Shown one piece after another: positions 8,342 through 13,900 of a stretch of 13,900 nucleotides of DNA. Where the stretch lies: the NCBI GenBank assembly GCA_049969675.1, contig JBMFOP010000078.1, positions 1 through 13,900 on the forward strand, given 5' to 3'. The position numbers and the translations under genes were made by a program. The notes under the pieces were generated by a model. That model ran no database searches and was not told the origin of the DNA. It saw only the letters and a program-made list of their open reading frames with translations. The stretch's first letter is position 1; each line of letters opens with the position of its first letter. Origin of the DNA: Myxococcota bacterium. Lineage in GTDB: Bacteria > Myxococcota > SpSt-1050.

Positions 8342-11300
8342 ATGATGTATAAGATATATTACGGGATTTTATTGGTGCCTCTACTATTTTATGCCTGTCA
8401 ATGTGAGGAGTCCAGATTTGAAGAGATAACACCATTTTATGAATGTATAAACTGCGCATCAGATAAGGTTATTGACTTCGGGGCTATAAAGGTGAATACA
8501 ACCAGAGAGGTAGAGCTTAAGATTAAGAACTCCGGCAAAAATAACCTTGAATTCAAATCCATTACGGCATCTTTTAAGAGTGGAACAAACCCGGATGCAT
8601 TCAATGTTGTGCAGTTTACTCCATCCATTGCGCCCTTTAGCACAGGGAGTATTAGACTCTCCTACTTCCCGAGGAAATCTGGAAGTGATGAAGGGATCCT
8701 CATCGTTCAGTGGTATCACAATAAGGCGGCAAATCAGACAAAGTCGGAGACATATATATTAAAAGGTAAGGCGGTAGAGGCAAAAATAGATATCTGCACA
8801 GGAGATGAGAAGGGGAATGTTATTAAGTGCACCTCCGAATGTGAGACCAATCAAAAAGATGACTGCCTCTCAATTGACTTTGGAGAGATAGACCCCAGGA
8901 CCTCAGATGTCTCTAAAAGGAGTGTGATTGTAAAGAACCCCGGTGAGATTAGAATGATTCAGAGAGGTATTCTGATAAAGCAATGCCCGCTGAATAACAA
9001 CTCCTGTGAAGAGAGCCAGATGATAACCGCTTATGAATTTACCCTTGACCCATCAAATACAAAGGAAGTCCCTCTGGAGCCGAAGAGACAGAGTCTAACC
9101 AATGTGATATATAAACCTCAGGATGGTGGTAAAGACTCGGGACAGATCATTGTCACCACCGATGATGAGCTGCTTGACGAAGTAATTATCAAAATTAACG
9201 GTGTGGGGCTGGCTCCAAAGATCTGCTTTGATTCACCGTTTTATGATTTTGGTGTGGTGCCTGTCAATACAAGGTCAGACAGGGCTATAAATATCAGAAG
9301 CTGCGGGACAAAGCCAGTCAAGGTCTTGAGCATCACGCTCAATAATAATTCCGACAACGAATTTGGCTATGATGGGACAACAAAGCCAATTGGAGGGGAA
9401 CTCGCAGTGGATGAAGAGGTTGGTTTAAAGCTCTACTACATCCCCAGAAATGAAGGGATGGATACTGCATCAATAGTTGTTGAATCTGATGACCCTGTGC
9501 TTAAGGATGGAAAGGCTATAATAAGTCTTATGGGAACCGGACAAAATCTCCCGTCCTGCATCCTTAAAATTGACCCGCAATCACTTGACTATGGACATAT
9601 GGCAACTGGACAGAAGCAGCTCAAAGATTTTTATATATATAATCTCGGAGACGGTGCCTGTGAGGTAACAAAATTTGAGGGACCAACTTACAGAGACAAT
9701 TTCAGGATTATCTCTATGTTTATTCAGGGCTCTTCAAATGGTGCCATTTCAAGCATCCCTTTCTCTATGCTCCCCGGTGATAGAGTAAGGGTACAGATGG
9801 AATATACTGCACAGGAGGAGAAGAGTTGCTTAAACGACAGGATGATAATCTATTCCAACTCTATAGATTCTCCCTATGAGACATTGTATCTAACGGGTTG
9901 TGGGGGTGAGGAGGCAATCTGTAAATTCTTCATACTGCCCGCAAACAAAAAATTAATTTGGGGAAATGTGCCTGTTGGGAAGACGGGTACCCGTTCGGTG
10001 GTCCTTGAGAATATCGGGACATCAGAGTGTCTGATAAGTACCGGGGCATTTGGTCCAAATGTGGGGAAGTGGTTTAAACTCGTCAGGACTCCACAATACC
10101 CACTCAAAGTCCCTGTTGGCACAGGTGCCCGTTTTGACATCTGGTGCACACCGGATAAGAATGGATTTGCCCCGGATAAGGATGGGAATCCGGATGTATC
10201 AGGGCTGAAAAATTATATCTCAATAACAACCACAGACCCAAATAATTCATCGCTCACAATCCCTATGCTCTGTAATGGAGTCTCATCATATCTGATGGTA
10301 AATCCAGACCCAGCCATATTCCCGGATGGGACAGCTGACTGCGCTGGACCTGAGCTCAGCATCACAATGTATAATACCGGTTCTGCACCGCTATCAATAA
10401 GTGACTTAAAGTCCAATTCAGCGGAATTTGTGATAAGCTCAAAGCCGAATCTCCCCATTATTATTCAACCCGGCAATAAAAGTTCGATCAATATGAAATT
10501 TACTCCGCAGTCAACCGGGAGGCGTGAATCAACCCTCACAATCACAACTGATGCCTCAAATCTGATAAATGGGAAATATGAGCTCCCTCTGATAGGTAAT
10601 GGACTTGCAGATGGTAAAATTCTGGAGAGGTATATAGCATCTGCAAAGCCCAAAATTGATATACTGTGGTGTATAGACAACTCCGGTTCAATGGCTGATG
10701 ACCAGGCATCACTCGCTGGAAATTTTCCATTGTTTATAAATTATGCAGTAAATGTAAATGCCAATTTCCAGATTGGTGTAATCTCATCTGAGATAAATGA
10801 GCCGGCAAAGACAGATTCCGGGGACTATAACTACCCCGGGGTCCTATTTAATAAGAAGGGAACACCAAAGATAATAGCAAATAATCCACCCCGGAACCCG
10901 ACCCCAAATTACCAACCACTCCTTTCCACAAGTCTGGAGATTATTGATGCATTCAGGAAGAATGCACTGATTGGCGAGTGCTGCTCAGATGAGGCAGAGG
11001 CATGTTTTGAGGCAACAAAGAAGGCACTCTCACCTCCAATAATAGATGACCCCGAGCAGAATAAAGGATTTTTAAGAGATCAGGCAAAGCTATATCTAAT
11101 TATGGTTGCAGATGAAGACGACCAGTCACCCGGAACAGTTGACTATTACGCGGACTATTTCAAACAGGTGAAGAAGGATGCGACAGGAAAACTTCTATCA
11201 TTATCTATTGTTACCGGTCTTGATAAAGACGGAGATATAAACAATCTACCCAATCCAATGAAATGTCCGGGCTCATCCTCTGAATCGGCTGGCATCAGAT

Positions 11301-11599
11301 ATCTGGATATGTATAAGAAGATTGGTAAAGGAATTGCCGCAAGTATCTGCAATAAGAACTGGGGACCGCTTATGAGTAAACTTGGACTGGATGTCTTTGA
11401 TACAAAGAATGAATTCTTCTTACATTCAAGGCCGGATGAGAATTCTATTGAGGTAACAGCGGGCAATAAAACCATTCCCAGAGACCCTCAGAATGGATAT
11501 ACATACGACTCTTCAAATAACTCAATACTGCTTGGTCCCAATGTCAATATAAATGAAGGAGATGAGGTAATAATAAAATACAACCTCGCCTGTTATTGA
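8342..11599 (+). CDS. Large lipoprotein: six ASH/choice-of-anchor-D Ig-like domains plus a C-terminal VWA domain
   Basis: Lipoprotein-type signal ILLVPLLFYA-C. Six ~110-140-aa units with (I/L/Y)D(F/Y)G...N.G...P...G hallmarks. MIDAS DxSxS motif DILWCIDNSGSM (DNSGS at 10676-10690) and FLR..AKLYLIMVADEDDQS. SD AGGAGG (8335-8340) suggests ATG 8345 may be the true start. Confidence 0.85.
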   Translation: MMYKIYYGILLVPLLFYACQCEESRFEEITPFYECINCASDKVIDFGAIKVNTTREVELKIKNSGKNNLEFKSITASFKSGTNPDAFNVVQFTPSIAPFSTGSIRLSYFPRKSGSDEGILIVQWYHNKAANQTKSETYILKGKAVEAKIDICTGDEKGNVIKCTSECETNQKDDCLSIDFGEIDPRTSDVSKRSVIVKNPGEIRMIQRGILIKQCPLNNNSCEESQMITAYEFTLDPSNTKEVPLEPKRQSLTNVIYKPQDGGKDSGQIIVTTDDELLDEVIIKINGVGLAPKICFDSPFYDFGVVPVNTRSDRAINIRSCGTKPVKVLSITLNNNSDNEFGYDGTTKPIGGELAVDEEVGLKLYYIPRNEGMDTASIVVESDDPVLKDGKAIISLMGTGQNLPSCILKIDPQSLDYGHMATGQKQLKDFYIYNLGDGACEVTKFEGPTYRDNFRIISMFIQGSSNGAISSIPFSMLPGDRVRVQMEYTAQEEKSCLNDRMIIYSNSIDSPYETLYLTGCGGEEAICKFFILPANKKLIWGNVPVGKTGTRSVVLENIGTSECLISTGAFGPNVGKWFKLVRTPQYPLKVPVGTGARFDIWCTPDKNGFAPDKDGNPDVSGLKNYISITTTDPNNSSLTIPMLCNGVSSYLMVNPDPAIFPDGTADCAGPELSITMYNTGSAPLSISDLKSNSAEFVISSKPNLPIIIQPGNKSSINMKFTPQSTGRRESTLTITTDASNLINGKYELPLIGNGLADGKILERYIASAKPKIDILWCIDNSGSMADDQASLAGNFPLFINYAVNVNANFQIGVISSEINEPAKTDSGDYNYPGVLFNKKGTPKIIANNPPRNPTPNYQPLLSTSLEIIDAFRKNALIGECCSDEAEACFEATKKALSPPIIDDPEQNKGFLRDQAKLYLIMVADEDDQSPGTVDYYADYFKQVKKDATGKLLSLSIVTGLDKDGDINNLPNPMKCPGSSSESAGIRYLDMYKKIGKGIAASICNKNWGPLMSKLGLDVFDTKNEFFLHSRPDENSIEVTAGNKTIPRDPQNGYTYDSSNNSILLGPNVNINEGDEVIIKYNLACY

Positions 11600-11619
11600 C
11601 ATCAATTATAGCGGACATA

Positions 11620-11654
11620 GTCCATAGTCAGACCTGTGGGCAAGTTTTTTCTTT
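11620..11654 (+). terminator. Possible intrinsic terminator after the VWA lipoprotein gene
   Basis: Stem GTCCATAG (11620-11627) / CTGTGGGC (11634-11641) with two G-U pairs and a 6-nt loop, followed by AAGTTTTTTCTTT. Confidence 0.35.
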
Positions 11655-11700
11655 ACAATTACTTATATATCTATAAAATTCAACTGATTTTGCGGGAGGT
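11652..11700 (+). promoter_or_regulatory. Putative promoter and RBS for the redoxin-FTR pair
   Basis: TTTACA (11652-11657), 16-bp spacer, TAAAAT (11674-11679). SD GGGAGGT at 11694-11700. Confidence 0.45.
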
Positions 11701-11703
11701 ATT

Positions 11704-11979
11704 ATGGCTCAGAAGAAGAAAAGTGTAAAGGACAGAAAGGTGTTTTTATTTGCCTTGAGCACCTGTATCTGGTGTAAGAAGACAAAGGCATTATTAAATG
11801 AACTTGGGATAAAATATGATTTTATAGATGTGGATCTGCTTGAGGGAGAGGAGAAAGAGAGGATAAGGAATCAGATGAGAAGATATAATCCACAGATGTC
11901 CTTCCCTACAATTGTCATTGATGATGAGATATGTATTACTGGCTTTGATGAGAAGAGGATAAGGGAGGTGCTTTTATGA
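11704..11979 (+). CDS. Glutaredoxin/NrdH-like redoxin
   Basis: 91 aa with CxxC motif [10 protein letters not shown], cis-Pro motif SFPTIVI, and GFD near the C-terminus. The stop overlaps the next start (ATGA). Confidence 0.9.
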   Translation: MAQKKKSVKDRKVFLFALSTCIWCKKTKALLNELGIKYDFIDVDLLEGEEKERIRNQMRRYNPQMSFPTIVIDDEICITGFDEKRIREVLL

Positions 11980-12497
11980 GCAGGATGAAGAAGTTTGATT
12001 ATGAGCCTGCAAATGAAGAGATAGAAAGACTTTATCAGAGATTAAAAAGAGAAGCAGAATCGGGTGGTTACTTCTTAAATCCAGATGAAGAATTTACAAA
12101 GCTCCTTGTGAGGTCGTTATTAATAAATGAAAAAAGATATGGTTATTGGGCTTGTCCCTGCAGACTTGCAGAAGGTGTTAAAGACAAAGACCTTGATATA
12201 ATCTGTCCCTGTATTTATAGGGACGAGGATATAAATGAATATAATGCCTGTTATTGTGGTCTATATGTTTCCAAAGATGCCTATGAGAAGAAAGTTCCTA
12301 TAAGACCTATTCCAGAGCGAAGACCCCCAGAGGAAGAGAGGAGAAAGGTAAGGGAGTCTGAAAAATCCCTTCCTTCAAAGCTTCCATATCCTTTATGGAG
12401 GTGCACTGTCTGCGGTTATCTGGCAGCACGAGATAATCCACCAGATGTCTGTCCTATCTGTAAAGCACGGAAAGAGAGATTTGAGAGATTCATCTAA
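11976..12497 (+). CDS. Ferredoxin:thioredoxin reductase catalytic-subunit homologue with a C-terminal rubredoxin-like domain (ferredoxin:disulfide reductase type)
   Basis: FTR motifs [13 protein letters not shown] and ACYCGLY. C-terminal WRCTVCGY...[13 protein letters not shown] rubredoxin-like knuckles. Confidence 0.92.
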   Translation: MSRMKKFDYEPANEEIERLYQRLKREAESGGYFLNPDEEFTKLLVRSLLINEKRYGYWACPCRLAEGVKDKDLDIICPCIYRDEDINEYNACYCGLYVSKDAYEKKVPIRPIPERRPPEEERRKVRESEKSLPSKLPYPLWRCTVCGYLAARDNPPDVCPICKARKERFERFI

Positions 12498-12527
12498 AAA
12501 TCTGGAGAACGAATTTTAATATTCTCC

Positions 12528-12556
12528 TTGAAAAAATTGGTATATTGATGTAATAT
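12528..12556 (+). promoter_or_regulatory. Putative sigma70 promoter immediately before the Cys-rich gene
   Basis: TTGAAA (12528-12533), 17-bp spacer, TAATAT (12551-12556). Confidence 0.4.
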
Positions 12557-12564
12557 TGGCAATT

Positions 12565-13545
12565 ATGAAGAGGCTATATAATATTTTAATCCTTTTTTCA
12601 ATTTTTCTCACTTTTGCAATTACTTTTTACACCTGTTCTGATTCTGCAACTACTCCGTCGGAAGATTTACTGACCTGCCCGGCGGGGACAAAACCTTATG
12701 GTAAGAAGTGTATCCCTATTGATTCGGGTTATGTCGTAGACAGAGAAGAGGTTCAGGAGGATATTGTTAAAGAGGATATTGTAGAGGAAGATGTGGTAAT
12801 CGTTGAAGATGTAGAGGAGAGTGTTGATTTGGGTCCTGTTGATAAAGGGAATCCGAAGATATGTAATCCCAAAGAGAGGCAGTGCATAAAAGGGGACTTA
12901 TATGAATGTAATGGAGACGGGACCAAATTTATAATGATAGAGTCCTGTCAGGTAAGATGTGATATTACTGAGGTCAGTGATGCAGGAGTTGAGACCAGAT
13001 ACTGTATTACTGGCTGTGATATTACTGGCTGTATAAAAGAGAAGGTGATATGTGAACCGCTCTCCTATCATTGTTGTGGAGGAAAGTATATTGACCCTGA
13101 TGGAAAGTGTGTAGCAGATGACCTTTTGCAATGTAATGAACTCGGGACCAGATGGAGTAAAATAGTTGAAAATTGCAAGGAGAAGTATGGCACATTCTGC
13201 TATATTGACCATTGTAAAGACCAGCCACAGCCAAAGTGCAATCCGGGTGAGATAAAGTGCACCGATGGTAAGAATATATATGAATGTGCACCTGATGGCT
13301 CAAAATGGGAACTGAAGGAGAGCTGCCCGGTATGTTGTACAGATAATCCAATTACCTGCTCAAAGGGGACTGGCGTGGATAACGCCCCCTGTGAGACCGA
13401 TTGCGATTGCGATTTGAATTTTAAGTGCGTTGGTTTTGGATTCCCTATCAATAATAAAGTTTGCAGACAGAAGTGTGGTATTGTGGGCAAAGAATGTCCA
13501 ACCGGTTATACCTGCACCTCCGGTTATTACTGCCAGCCAGAATGA
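12565..13545 (+). CDS. Cysteine-rich exported protein, probable lipoprotein
   Basis: Signal MKRLYNILILFSIFLTFAITFYT-C (non-canonical lipobox), acidic EDIV-rich linker, 35 Cys counted, and three internal Cys repeats. The ORF track start is TTG 12556, but ATG 12565 is preferred. Confidence 0.8.
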   Translation: MKRLYNILILFSIFLTFAITFYTCSDSATTPSEDLLTCPAGTKPYGKKCIPIDSGYVVDREEVQEDIVKEDIVEEDVVIVEDVEESVDLGPVDKGNPKICNPKERQCIKGDLYECNGDGTKFIMIESCQVRCDITEVSDAGVETRYCITGCDITGCIKEKVICEPLSYHCCGGKYIDPDGKCVADDLLQCNELGTRWSKIVENCKEKYGTFCYIDHCKDQPQPKCNPGEIKCTDGKNIYECAPDGSKWELKESCPVCCTDNPITCSKGTGVDNAPCETDCDCDLNFKCVGFGFPINNKVCRQKCGIVGKECPTGYTCTSGYYCQPE

Positions 13546-13786
13546 GACTTATTGCCTGCGGAAAGGAAATAACAGTGAAGATGGCTTAACCTCTTTCAAC
13601 GGCATATAAAATTCATACTTTGAAAATATCTATAAAAACCACAGGTGCCGTTTAGGCGAAATGGCGGGGCGAAGCGAGACGAGATGATTTTTTTAATAAA
13701 TTCAATCAAGTATCCACAGGTCTTAATCCGCAAGGAATGCCATAAAAAATACAGCCAGTATGTTAGATTACAATCACAGAACAATA

Positions 13787-13849
13787 AACTATGATTAATG
13801 GACTATGGACTGTGATCTATGGACTATTCATTATGGTCTGTGGACTATC
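13787..13849. repeat. Degenerate heptamer tandem array, 9 units, consensus GACTATG
   Basis: Units in unbroken 7-bp phase: AACTATG ATTAATG GACTATG GACTGTG ATCTATG GACTATT CATTATG GTCTGTG GACTATC. Confidence 0.8.
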
Positions 13850-13900
13850 TGTAATTACATCCCTATTAACTATATTTGTATCTACCCCATTCTCTTCACC

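Noticed and set aside
2978..13490. All minus-strand ORFs in the track, plus the alternative-frame + ORF 8547-8762
   Set aside because: They overlap well-supported + strand genes and have no recognisable motifs, so they are shadow ORFs.
12565..13545. Multiheme cytochrome or ferredoxin call for the Cys-rich protein
   Set aside because: There are no CxxCH or CxxCxxCxxxCP motifs. The signal peptide favours structural disulfides.
13620..13740. tRNA, riboswitch or group II intron fragment
   Set aside because: No cloverleaf or T-loop, no recognisable aptamer consensus, and no domain V motif by eye.
13596..13784. 62-aa minus-strand ORF
   Set aside because: It runs through the hairpin element and starts next to the heptamer array. 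It has no SD or protein-like features.
13787..13849. CRISPR interpretation of the terminal repeats
   Set aside because: The units are 7 bp and contiguous, with no spacers and no cas genes.

Overview
AT-rich bacterial DNA (roughly 40% GC by eye) in which every credible gene lies on the + strand. A 5'-truncated hypothetical ORF is followed by a ~1 kb non-coding gap containing inverted repeats and palindromes. Nine closely spaced genes follow: (1) TPR-like/PEGA protein with a C-terminal Trp-rich membrane segment, (2) seven-repeat Kelch lipoprotein, (3) cysteine synthase CysK, (4) metallo-beta-lactamase-fold hydrolase, (5) MEMO1-AMMECR1 (AmrB-AmrA) fusion with a signal-peptide-like extension and no radical SAM partner in the window, (6) 1085-aa lipoprotein with six ASH/choice-of-anchor-D Ig-like domains and a VWA domain, (7) glutaredoxin/NrdH-like redoxin, (8) ferredoxin:thioredoxin-reductase catalytic domain fused to a rubredoxin-like domain, and (9) a 35-Cys lipoprotein-like protein with an internal repeat. 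The window ends with a small GC-rich hairpin element and a 9-unit heptamer array (consensus GACTATG), whose inverted copy lies upstream of the redoxin gene. The envelope proteins resemble Myxococcota/deltaproteobacterial families (inference). The best candidates for something new are the possibly exported AmrB-AmrA fusion linked to a VWA adhesin-like lipoprotein, the PEGA-Kelch pair, and the clustering of Cys-rich surface proteins with cysteine synthesis and disulfide reduction. No rRNA, tRNA, CRISPR array or transposase was found.
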